A stretch of DNA of 63,746 nucleotides, counting the filler, from Squatina squatina (Eukaryota): the NCBI GenBank assembly GCA_031763465.1. It is 3 parts of 3 records of this genome, joined end to end, with 100 filler letters (N's around TTAATTAATTAA, not from the genome) between each part and the next. Parts side by side here need not be neighbours in the genome. Positions count along the whole stretch, not along the records: positions 39,390 to 63,746 come from JARFOE010000004.1; 2 more parts are not named here. One strand, 5' to 3'. The position numbers and the translations under genes are program-made. Shown in pieces: positions 39,290 to 50,200 of the stretch. The notes beneath the pieces were generated by a model. That model saw only the letters and a list, made by a program, of their open reading frames with translations, made no database searches and was not told the DNA's origin. Numbering within the stretch: the stretch's first letter is position 1; each line of letters begins with the position of its first letter.

Positions 39290-39389
39290 NNNNNNNNNNN
39301 NNNNNNNNNNNNNNNNNNNNNNNNNNNNNNNNNTTAATTAATTAANNNNNNNNNNNNNNNNNNNNNNNNNNNNNNNNNNNNNNNNNNNN
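39290..39389. other. Artificial scaffold-joining spacer N44-TTAATTAATTAA-N44
   Basis: 12-mer at 39334-39345 centred in 100 nt, identical to the first spacer. Confidence 0.95.
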
Positions 39390-39449
39390 ATGACAATTGA
39401 AAAGAAAAGGCCAGATGTTCTGTATGCAAAGCTGTATATCCACAAACCA
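39390..39449 (+). CDS. APOB: 3' part of the penultimate APOB exon (human exon 28 equivalent)
   Basis: MTIEKKRPDVLYAKLYIHKP followed by a GTAAGT donor at 39450 in phase 0; splices in frame to 39732, matching the human YYSPQ|SSPDKK junction as recalled. Confidence 0.75.
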
Positions 39450-39731
39450 GTAAGTAACTTTATTCTTGTGTATGAGAAACATTGACTGAAATTAGCAATG
39501 CTACTATTATATTGTTTGTTTGATTAGCCACAAAAGAAATTTTGTCTGTAATTTAGTTACCCATAGATAATAATATTTCCATCCACAGTCTGCATATACA
39601 GTGTTAAATAGTGAATGTTAAGGATGAACGACTGAATTGCCTGCATCTGTCACTTCTAAGCTGTTTCAATCATTTACATGTACTAGCAGTTTTTACATGC
39701 AATATAAATGTACTTAATTTTCTTTCCACAG

Positions 39732-40328
39732 TCGTCCTCTGACATAATTATTTTGGACAGTAAAGTTTCACTGGAGAACCCTGAAAATATTCAAGTGCAG
39801 TTCAACTGGAGAAATGATGTTACTCCAGATATATTGAATGGCCTGAAGGAGAGAATACCCAAGATGGTTGGAGCTGTCTATAGCTGTGTAAACAAGTATC
39901 ACACTGAACATCTTGGAATAGAGATGAGTGCTGTCCCCTCAAAAGTGAAAGATGCGATGAAGCAGAATGTCAATGACGCATACTTAGCAGCAACCACTGG
40001 TATTAAGGAAGTTAACCGTCACCTCCAGGCTGCAGTTGATGATATCGCTTCAAACTATCAACAGGTGAAAAAAAGAACAAAGATGTTGTACAAGAGAGCA
40101 GCAGACAACATGGCAGATGTAGACTTCGAGAAAAAGGTCACCACATTGTTGGATGTCATTTCTAATTTGATTCAGGAGTATCAGAACAAGTTGAAGGAAT
40201 TAATTGATGCAGCAATCAATTTCTTAAAACTCGCCAAGTTAAAGCTGCCTGGACTCGATGGTCAGCATACAGGTCAAGAGCTGTATGTCATGTCCATAAA
40301 ACATGCAACCCAATACATTGAGAACCTT
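39732..40328 (+). CDS. APOB: 5' part of the last APOB exon (human exon 29 equivalent), truncated by a gap
   Basis: Acceptor ttttctttccacAG; open for 199 codons. IQVQFNW...LKERIPKMVGAVYSCVNKYHTEHLG...ELIDAAINFLK...LPG...TGQELY aligns with human apoB-100 TQIKVNW...LKDNVPKATGVLYDYVNKYHWEHTG...HLIDSLIDFLN...FPG...TREELC. Confidence 0.92.
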
Positions 40329-40428
40329 NNNNNNNNNNNNNNNNNNNNNNNNNNNNNNNNNNNNNNNNNNNNNNNNNNNNNNNNNNNNNNNNNNNNNNNN
40401 NNNNNNNNNNNNNNNNNNNNNNNNNNNN

Positions 40429-40640
40429 GGACGATGGTGGAGAGGGGTTGGAGGAGGATGGAGTGGTGAACCATGTCAAAGGCTTTAGACAGGTTGAGAA
40501 GGACGGGGTGGGATAGTTCACCTTTGTCACAGTCACATAGGATGCCATTTGTGATTTCGATAGGGCCGTTTCGGTACTGTGGCAGGGGCAGAAACCTGAT
40601 TGGAGGGATTCAAACATACAGTTCTGAGAAAGATATCAGT
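40429..40640 (-). mobile_element. L2 LINE RT fragment
   Basis: MFESLQSGFCPCHSTETAL motif, followed by frameshifted DLSKAFD-like sequence. Confidence 0.88.
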
Positions 40641-42243
40641 GGTTATAAAGATGATTANNNNNNNNNNATGGAAAGAACATTCATGTTGTAACCTGTCAGA
40701 CTGTTCATCAGCCTGTGAATCCTTTCACTACTTCATACTCTTCTCAGTGTGAAGATATGAAAACAACAACAGCACATGACTAAGTAGCATGGAACGGAAT
40801 TGATCTTTTCTGATGGGCCAAAAATAAATCTGGGATATAATTGTCGGAATGTATCAGCGAACAGTATCCAGCCACATGACCCCTCGTCTGGCATTGTGAC
40901 TGGTCTGGATCTACATCTTTACAATATATGGCATCTGAAAATGTCAAGCACTGTTTATCTCTTTCCTAATAAAGAACCTACATAACAACTTCTACAAACA
41001 CATCACTTGTTATAACAATAACATTTCTAATGAATATTGAACAAAATGGTATTAGGCGTACCCGTTCTATTCAGTTTATTTTATGGAAGTGACAGCCCAT
41101 TTTAGAATGCTATGTGTGATAAGGATGAATGAAGTGATTTAGAACCAGAGATGCAGTACCATCTGATTCAAATCAGTCAAAGCTCATCAGACCTGAGCTC
41201 TAATTATATGTTTTTCACATCTACTTCTCTCCAAATCTACAATGTTNNNNNNNNNNNNNNNNNNNNNNNNNNNNNNNNNNNNNNNNNNNNNNNNNNNNNN
41301 NNNNNNNNNNNNNNNNNNNNNNNNNNNNNNNNNNNNNNNNNNNNNNGCTGGTCAGCAGAAATCGTATTTCATTTGCTCAGCATCTCACTTTAACCGCCTG
41401 GGTAAGATCAGGCACTCACCATATTAGAAACTGTGAGAAAAAGCTGAAAGCTAAACTATTTTGCCAAGTTCCTCTGTGTTTTTAATGTGACACCAGCACC
41501 AGAACAGACCTATTAATTTTCCAGTTACATTACATGGGCCCACTTACAGTGGCACTCTAAACATGGAGAGATTGTTACTTATAAATGTACAGAGCATGCT
41601 ACAGACTTTGAAACAAATGAGAAGTAGAGTACCATCTGTTCCTTCACATTGCTGGCATGTTCACAACACATTCCAGACAATGTAGTCAATTATTTTCCTA
41701 TCAGAACAACTTCATTTTACTAGCATCTGGGATATACCCTTGCCATCTTTCTGATCAATTATTTGGGCTAAATGCTGACCTACTTTACATGCTCTCCCCC
41801 ATGCGCATGTACATAGTGTTTGATTAGATTTAAGTAACAAGTGGCTTCTGTAGAGTGTGCTGTCAGAATTGAAATGTCTGCCTTTAACAAGTGATTTTTC
41901 CTGCCAGTAAGCACTATTTTATCTTCACATACCACATTGGCAGCTTCTTTTTTCACCTTAAGTGGTTTGGAATGCATCGAGAATGCTGCGTTACAGCCAA
42001 GTATGATCAGGCCTATTTGCTAACTGCCTTTCACACTCAATTTATTTCAAACCTTCCATGGGCCATTGAAGGAACTATTCAAAACCAGATTGTAACTGTC
42101 GTGCTTTCATTCATATGTCCAGTGAACAATGAGTTAACAACTTNNNNNNNNNNNNNNNNNNNNNNNNNNNNNNNNNNNNNNNNNNNNNNNNNNNNNNNNN
42201 NNNNNNNNNNNNNNNNNNNNNNNNNNNNNNNNNNNNNNNNNNN

Positions 42244-42622
42244 GGATCTGAGTGATGCTGAGATATGCCTCTCGGTATGCTATGAACCAGCCATATGGTC
42301 ATTCCTCATGTGTGAAGGCTTGCAGGCTATTCAACCATCATAGCCGAACATCATAGCTGAACTCGATCCACATTGTGGACTCATAGATGTGTAGTACCAG
42401 CAGAGGTAACTGGATAGTGATAAAGAGCAGGAACTAAAGCAGCTTTATTCTCCTCCCGAGAGTAGAGTACTGAGGCTATTTGTAGCACCCCACCATTCAC
42501 CAGGATACGATCAACTAACTCAACAGGAACATAAAAGGATTAAACCTGGGATCTTCCTGGTCTGTGTGTCTGACTTTAACACTGGACAGCATCTTAAGCA
42601 ACTGAAACATCGCGGGAGCTCT
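42244..42622 (-). mobile_element. Old tRNA-derived SINE (LF-SINE-like)
   Basis: Minus-strand head with A/B-box-like motifs (tttcagttgc...ccaggaagatcccaggtttaatcc) and a body of about 380 bp. Confidence 0.45.
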
Positions 42623-43187
42623 CCTTTCTAGTATAAAAGAGTAATGACATCAGATTCTAAAGCACATTCATGAAGAATATATTGAAATTTAAAGCTTATA
42701 TATTCTTACGTTCTGTTAAAACTACAGATTTTAACCATATAATTTGCATTGAATGTTGAAATTTTAGCTCAGCAATTTGATTTACAAGACTTAAATTACA
42801 AAATTGAGGACTATGGCTCACTAATAGTTTGCACTAAATCCACTTTCCGCCAAGACTGCTTTAATTTAAGGTGCTTGCCTTGACATGCTGTCCTCAAACA
42901 GAGTAAGTATGTATTTTGAGGAAGGAAGATGAAACCAGACTTGGGGATCTGTTCCTCAAACAGCTGAATCATCTTGTTTCAAGTACAAACACATGTTTTT
43001 TTTAGGAGGAAGGCCAATCATTTCTTATAATTTAGTTTACTGGTTAGGCCACCTAAATTAGCTATTTGTGCACAGAATGTTTCCAATNNNNNNNNNNNNN
43101 NNNNNNNNNNNNNNNNNNNNNNNNNNNNNNNNNNNNNNNNNNNNNNNNNNNNNNNNNNNNNNNNNNNNNNNNNNNNNNNNNNNNNNN

Positions 43188-44125
43188 CAGGGACAGACTG
43201 CAGCGTCAACATGCATGTAGGAACTGGCGATACAACAAACCTTTCTCTCGAGTTGCCAGCAGCTACAGTTGGGAGAAGAATCATCGAATTTGGAAGACTC
43301 CAACCAAAACCGGGAGATTTGGGAACCTTATTTACCATTCACCATATTGATAAAGGCCAAAAAATTGGCATGCTGTGTCCATGACTAAAACAAGTGTTAG
43401 GCATTTTGCATATGCAAGTAAGTGGCCTAATGCCTGTTTGAGGCTGACACTGCAAGATTGGTTTGCCCTGAGGCAGCCGGCGATGAAACACTCAGGAAAA
43501 CCAGGTCTACATGCGGCCTAACAGGTGGTCCTTCAAGGGACTATCTAGTCGGTTGCAACCAACAAGGTAAGATTTTAAAATATACTTACTTGAAGTTGGA
43601 GCCAGGAGTACTCCTTTCTACTCCACAGCCAAATGACGCAGGCCTCTGCTCCCCCTCCGACCACCACCTCAAAACAACTACCTCCAATCCCAACCTCCGT
43701 CCCCCCTGACCCCAGCTTCTGCCCGCCTACACACCCTTCCCAACTACTGCTACCCTCACGACCCAGTCACCACCCCTCACACCTCCCCCCCCAACCCCCG
43801 CTTCTGACCCGGTCACCCTTCTTCCCAATACGATCAACCCCTCTTCCCGATCCAGTCGCTCCCCCTTCCAGATCTCCCCACTTCCCAATCCACTTTAGGT
43901 ATTTATCTGAGGGCTGCTGCTGGTGCTCCAGAGAGTTGATCTTCAATTCCTCTCCACCAGTGAGTTGCATGGCGATGCCTATTAGAAGTCTGCAGGTTGC
44001 TGGCCTGATGATAATAAGGCCCGAAGCCCAATGTTTCTCGGGACTATCCATTTATATGCAAGGATTTATCTTTGTGACTCCCACCCCCGAGTGTGCAAAA
44101 ATGGGCACGTTTGAATTTCTTGGTC
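43188..44125. mobile_element. Probable TIR/MITE-type element with an internal C-rich low-complexity tract (43640-43895)
   Basis: GC-rich segment ending tttgaatttcttggtc, a terminus resembling the other MITEs. Confidence 0.4.
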
Positions 44126-45320
44126 ACAATCTTCAGGTAAAACCGTTTCCTTCATGCATGTTGTTAAAAAAAATGACGAAGATAAAGAGGAGATTGGCAA
44201 CTTAACAATGCATGTTGTTCCTCTATTACATTGGCCCACCATACCACCTAGAGAGAGTAGCTATATTTAAATTAACCTCATGACGTATTAACTGATCCCT
44301 TTAAGATTTATCTTAGAACTTACATAGGTCAGTAGGATATATTAATTTCAGTGCCGTTTGCCACGTTATTAGAAACTGCAGTATACTTGCATTCAAATTG
44401 CAATGACTAACAACAACAACTCATATTTATATATTGTTTTTGATGTAGTAAACACCCCAAGGCACTTATGTGAATCATTTCTGCAGTTATTATTTTATGA
44501 GGTGAGTTAGATAACCTAATTTTATTTCTAAAATAACCACCGTAAAAAATTTCTGCAATAAGATTCTTGTCTCGTCTTTCACTGAAAGTCATAAAATTAA
44601 ACTGAACATCTTCCACTTATAGATTATCTAAATCATATGTATCTAAGTTTTATTGTCTAATATTTTGGCTTTTGTGGGAAAAAAAGGAAGTGATGTTATT
44701 ATAGGGCACTAGTTCCCCAAGCTCTCATATTTCAATACATTATGTGCGCAATGAGAAATATAGGGTTTCAGAAGTTCGTTTTAGAGGCATTTGATTCTAC
44801 GTAGCCTTTGACAGACTTTTCGGAATCTAGACAAGTTTTTGTGATTTATTACGCAACTGTTTATAACTGCAAAAAAACACTCCTCTTAAAATTGACATTC
44901 TATACCTTTTTTGACCATTATTCAAGGGGGCCTGCTGTTAACACAGTAGCTGATGGCAGTTAGGATTTCACAAGCAGCTTGTGTTTTGGCCCTTTAGAAC
45001 ATTGAGTGTTGTAGCAGGTGTTTGTATAACCATCCTCCCTATCAGCACTGGAATGTGAAAACTGGAGGAGTCTGACCTCCAGGGAGAAACTACTCTGAAT
45101 GGGCATTACTAAATCTCTTCTACTGTCCCAAAGAAACAAGTGCATCTTTTCAATTCAAAATATAAATTAAACAGGGTCAAACAGAGGGTGTTAAAATATA
45201 AGGCAGAGGAGTCAGTACAGNNNNNNNNNNNNNNNNNNNNNNNNNNNNNNNNNNNNNNNNNNNNNNNNNNNNNNNNNNNNNNNNNNNNNNNNNNNNNNNN
45301 NNNNNNNNNNNNNNNNNNNN

Positions 45321-45440
45321 ACTCGCCTCATCAAATACCACCTGCCCACCTGTGGTCGTGTCTGCGGATCCCGCATCGGACTTTTCAGCCACCTCCGAAC
45401 CCACAACCCCGAAGTGGAAGCAAGTCAGAAGAAGAAGAAG
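45321..45440 (+). mobile_element. RTE-clade LINE 3' end
   Basis: Encodes TTCPTCGRVCGSRIGLFSHLRTH, the C-terminal C2H2 motif of RTE ORF2, followed by a (gaa)n tail. Confidence 0.85.
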
Positions 45441-45444
45441 ATTA

Positions 45445-45655
45445 GAGTAAGAGACTTCAATGTAGGGGGCTTGATTAAGACGTTTGCAGATGATACAACA
45501 ATTGGCTGTGTGGTTGACAATGAGAAAAAAAGCTGTAGACTGCAGGAAGATATCAATGGACTGGCCAGTTGAGCAGAAAAGTGGTAAATGGAATTCAATC
45601 CGGTGAAGTGTGAAATAGTGCATTTGGGGAGGGCTAACAAGGCAAGGGAATACAA
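45445..45655 (+). mobile_element. CR1 RT fragment
   Basis: GGLIKTFADDTTIGCVVDNEKKSCRLQEDINGLAS*AEKW*MEFNPVKCEIVHLGRAN. Confidence 0.9.
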
Positions 45656-46891
45656 CTCGCCAGGGTTTCTTCGGCTGCACCTCCCAAATCCGTGACCTCT
45701 GCCACCTAGAAGTACAAAAGTAGCAGGCTTGTTGGACAGATTTGATAGGTCATGTAATGGAGGTTCCAGTTGACCGGATGGAGGGAGCATGTTACAAGTT
45801 TAGTGTCTGACTTTGATATTCTTGTGGGTACAGTAGTCACTCCCATTAGCAGTCCTAGTATCTTGTGTTCAGTTGTGTGCCCACACTGCTCGATATCTAT
45901 CTAATTATATGATGGTGTAACCGATAGGTGTAAAGGTAGGACCCCTTGTGATCTGAACTGGATATTTGTCTTTTGCAGATAACCTTGGCTCTCCAATCTT
46001 TCAGTAGGACGACTGACAAACTTGAGTGAGACAAAGCCATATATGATTTTTTAAATCTGGTTCATTTTAAAAACAGCAAGTGAATGTAGAGTCATGTAAC
46101 CAAATTTCAACTTGATTCAACTAACTACAGAATCGTTCTTGAGTAGAAGTAAAATAATATGTAAAAATGCCACACCGTCACTGTTGGTGAGGTCGTTTAA
46201 CTTTTCCTGGGTAGCCTCCTGATCTTGAGCAAGTTTCCCCACATTAGGTCAGGCTTCCTTTCCAGAACTAACTGCTTGCCCATGTGTGCTTTTTTTGTCC
46301 TTTTTAATCTGGGTTCCCAGCCAGTGAAAGGGCAGTCTCACTGACCTCTTCTGTCAATAAAACATACTATGGACTTATAAAAGCATTCCAGACATTATAC
46401 AATTATCTGCTGAATGACAAACAGAATTTTTAAACTGCTGCCATTAAGTTGCCAGAGAACAATTTTCTCTTGCCACTTGATGTCTTTAAATCATACAGCT
46501 TTCATTAGACAAAAGACATGACTGACAGTGAACGTGGTACAGATAAAAGACTTACTGATGCTGACACCACATGGCAGGAGTTTTTGACATTCCATTGTCT
46601 AGTTAACAAAACATTTGAGTACAATCCATCAAAGTACAGGAAAACACTGTTAAAAGGGTCAGTCCCACTTAAATGTTTCAATAGGATATTTTTCAACATA
46701 AACCTATCAGTGAAAATCTCTTATTTTTACAAGAAATTAATGTAATTTAAAGCTTCTATTCCTATATTAGGTGCAAAGGAAAGCATAACACCACATATTT
46801 AAGGAAACACAGTGATGGTAATCATTACAGTTTTTCCCTTAAGTTTGTGGTGTTATAGAATGGCATTTATTGGTTAAATAACTTTATCATT

Positions 46892-47249
46892 TGTCATGTA
46901 CTGGGAATGGGTTTTGACTTTATGCAATGTCTCAGGAACAAGGTTGTGACTTTGCGAGGTACACCTACGACAACCCCAATGGGTGGAGTATAAAGCCAGG
47001 TGATTCCTGTAAGCCCGCCTCTTACTGCTCTCTCTCTTCGACTCTCTTCCTCCAGAGATTCCTGGAGCTCACCTGAGCCAGGAGCCCTGCTGGAGTCAGA
47101 GCAGGGCTACTTGGTCTGAAGTTGTATATAGGCCCAGCCTAGACATTGTGTTCATCTGGAGCTGGAGCATGTTAATCAATAAAGAGAGTTGTGTTGAGCA
47201 CTGCGTCGACTAAGTTATTCCAGCTCCACCCTGCACGCGATACATAAAA
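46892..47249 (+). mobile_element. Solo LTR (Gypsy- or BEL-like) with a perfect 5-bp TSD
   Basis: Termini TGTCATGTA...TACATAAAA, TCATT on both flanks (46887-46891 and 47250-47254), internal TATAAA near 46989 and AATAAA near 47178. Confidence 0.88.
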
Positions 47250-50200
47250 TCATTTCAGTGAGGTTTAAATAAATTATTTTGACAAGTTATTTTCTTATTC
47301 CTCTTCAGTTGTCACACCGTGCATCAACCCCTATTAGCAACAACATTGGANNNNNNNNNNNNNNNNNNNNNNNNNNNNNNNNNNNNNNNNNNNNNNNNNN
47401 NNNNNNNNNNNNNNNNNNNNNNNNNNNNNNNNNNNNNNNNNNNNNNNNNNTACTTGGATTCAGCCTTAAATCAAAGTGTAGAATAACCAGTATTAGACTG
47501 CTGTTAACCGTGCACCTCTCTAGTGTCACCACTACAATGCCTGGAGCTACTGTCATAATGTCAAATGCATGCCACTGTTATACTTTCCTACCAGCGTGAG
47601 CCTAACTTCTCAGGTCAACTTTGGAGATGACACAATAGGTAAACATTGATCATGGAATTCTGGTAACATACCCTGAATGTTGCAGTTTGTTCCAAGTTAA
47701 AGAACATCGTTGCTGTCACCTTAGTGTCTGTGAGCTCAAGCACACAAAAGAAATACACATCCTCAGATTGTTCAATGCATGTATCGGTGATGCTTTAAGA
47801 ATAGAATGAAGGCAGGCTCATAGCCAGGACAAGTGAGACATATCAAGCACATTGATTTAACATGTCAGCTCTCACCAGTAAGAGAGTAGAATGGAGCATC
47901 AGTATCTCCTGAATGCTAGTTCCCTGATATTCAATAAATCAACAGAAATAGACAGAAACAAAAGGATGTTAACATGAGTTTAATTATTTGTAATGATTTT
48001 TTAAATTTAAATGGTACCTCTGTGAAAATGTTTTTCTTTTGATGATCTAATGTTTATATACCTACTTCAGTAATCTCTTCAGCTTCTACCGTACACATTC
48101 TTTATGATCCTTTTTTTAATGGATAACACATCACAAGAGAACAAGGTCAGTTAGTGAAGTGAAAGCAAACCCCTCACGGTGGCATTGGCCATTGGCCAGC
48201 TCCTTCTGAGCTGAAGTTCTGCATGGGGTCTACAACAGCTGGCTTTAAACGACTTGCAGGTGGCCCGGTGGGCAGTAGATCACAGAGGAATGTCCTGTCT
48301 GTCCTCCCCTTAGCTCAAAGCTAAGAGTCACCTTTTTTTTTCTGTTGCTAGTGGCTGAAAATCAGCAGGAAATATCTGACAGTTTTAATTAAGAACTCCC
48401 AACAGCTATGAGCTCCTTGATGAGAGGCACTTTCAGTTTTTCAAATTAACATTGTTATTTTTAGTTTGTGGTATGAGCAGCAACAGCCTGCAATAAGTGA
48501 AAATATCTAGCAATTATAATACCCTGCTGAAGTCGATTTTATTAGTTCAGTTAGTTTATTTTCCTCTTTCCCCTTCCCCTGATCCTCACCCTTCCCTTCT
48601 TCAAGCTCTTCACCCTCTTCTCCCTGGTTAGTGTGGCTGGTGGGCACGGACAAAGGGGCTGACGTGGCGTCCCCATCATATGAAATGAAAAAGAACACAA
48701 TCTTGGCATTAGCAGAAGGGAAAGCAGCAAGGATGAAGCAGGAAAGGCGGGCTCAGGGATCACCCATACATTAACGTAGCCTTAGGCAGTGATGGAAAGG
48801 TGGCATGATAAGAGGTACAGCACATACCATTGTTGTCCCCAATGGGTTGTGCATGGCCCACNNNNNNNNNNNNNNNNNNNNNNNNNNNNNNNNNNNNNNN
48901 NNNNNNNNNNNNNNNNNNNNNNNNNNNNNNNNNNNNNNNNNNNNNNNNNNNNNNNNNNNNNAGTTCTTTGATGCATTTAAAAGGTTGAAGAAATACAGCT
49001 CAGATAACAAATAGAAGATTATGTTACTTGTTAGAACTATAGAACATAACGAAAGAAAAGTAACAATGTAATCTATCTAAGTTTAATAGTTCTATCAATC
49101 AGCATAGCATGAGTTTCCATGAACATCATCTGGCTCTACCATAGTCTTACAAACACCTGTTATACCACACCACAGGACTATTTACGCTCTATTAACACCC
49201 TTGGCTTCTGTTTCTTTTATGTTGTATTTTATGAAGGACATTTTGATCTACTGCCTTTATGAAAACTGTATTGTGAAGGGTCCACATTCCTCAACAAAGC
49301 TGCACTGTTTTATAGAATCTGGCAAGCCATGCACGCTAGACAGAGCAGAACTTTTTAAAATTTTGACGCAGCAGGTGTTTTGCTGTGTGCACCGCATAGA
49401 GGGATGCTATCATTTTAGAGAACAGCAAGACCTCCACGGGTAGTCAGGAAAGAATGTGGCCTTTCAAATGGCTCCCACCGAGCTAGAAGCCCTTTCTGGG
49501 CCCTCTTTAGTTATTGCCATCATTGTTCAAACGTGCGCTTTNNNNNNNNNNNNNNNNNNNNNNNNNNNNNNNNNNNNNNNNNNNNNNNNNNNNNNNNNNN
49601 NNNNNNNNNNNNNNNNNNNNNNNNNNNNNNNNNNNNNNNNNNNNNNNNNNNNNNNNNNNNNNNNNNNNNNNNNNNNNNNNNNNNNNNNNNNNNNNNNNNN
49701 NNNNNNNNNNNNNNNNNNNNNNNNNNNNNNNNNNNNNNNNNNNNNNNNNNNNNNNNNNNNNNNNNNNNNNNNNNNNNNNNNNNNNNNNNNNNAGTTTACT
49801 TCCATTAAAGCTGAATCCTTCGCGAGCTTTCCAGAGTATAAATCCCATCTATAAGCAAAATATTTAGCAATATGTGCGTACTATCATAAAGAGCGTTGAG
49901 ATTAACAAAACAAAACAAACGTTGATTTATTTGGCTGCGATGAGCTTTGAAAAAGAAAACTGCATTAAATGTGAATACCAAAAATTAAATACACAGAAAT
50001 TGCCATGTTTTACAAACACAGACTTTTGCAAAGATTGCCATGTTTGTGATAAATATTTGAAAGAAGATAGTTACACAGGCTAAAGTCCCCACACATCTAC
50101 AACAATTTCTTGCTTTCAACAATCTAGACAGTTACTAAATAAAAAAAAACATTGCAAGATTTATTTTCCAGGTATCATAGTGTGCCAGTTTTTTCTTATA

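Noticed and set aside
39390-40328. APOB as a gene nested in the TAFA5 intron
   Set aside because: Only two partial exons are present, directly after an artificial spacer, so adjacency is unsupported.
43633-44205. 190-aa proline-rich ORF
   Set aside because: It is the product of a C-rich low-complexity tract, with no recognisable domain or splice context.
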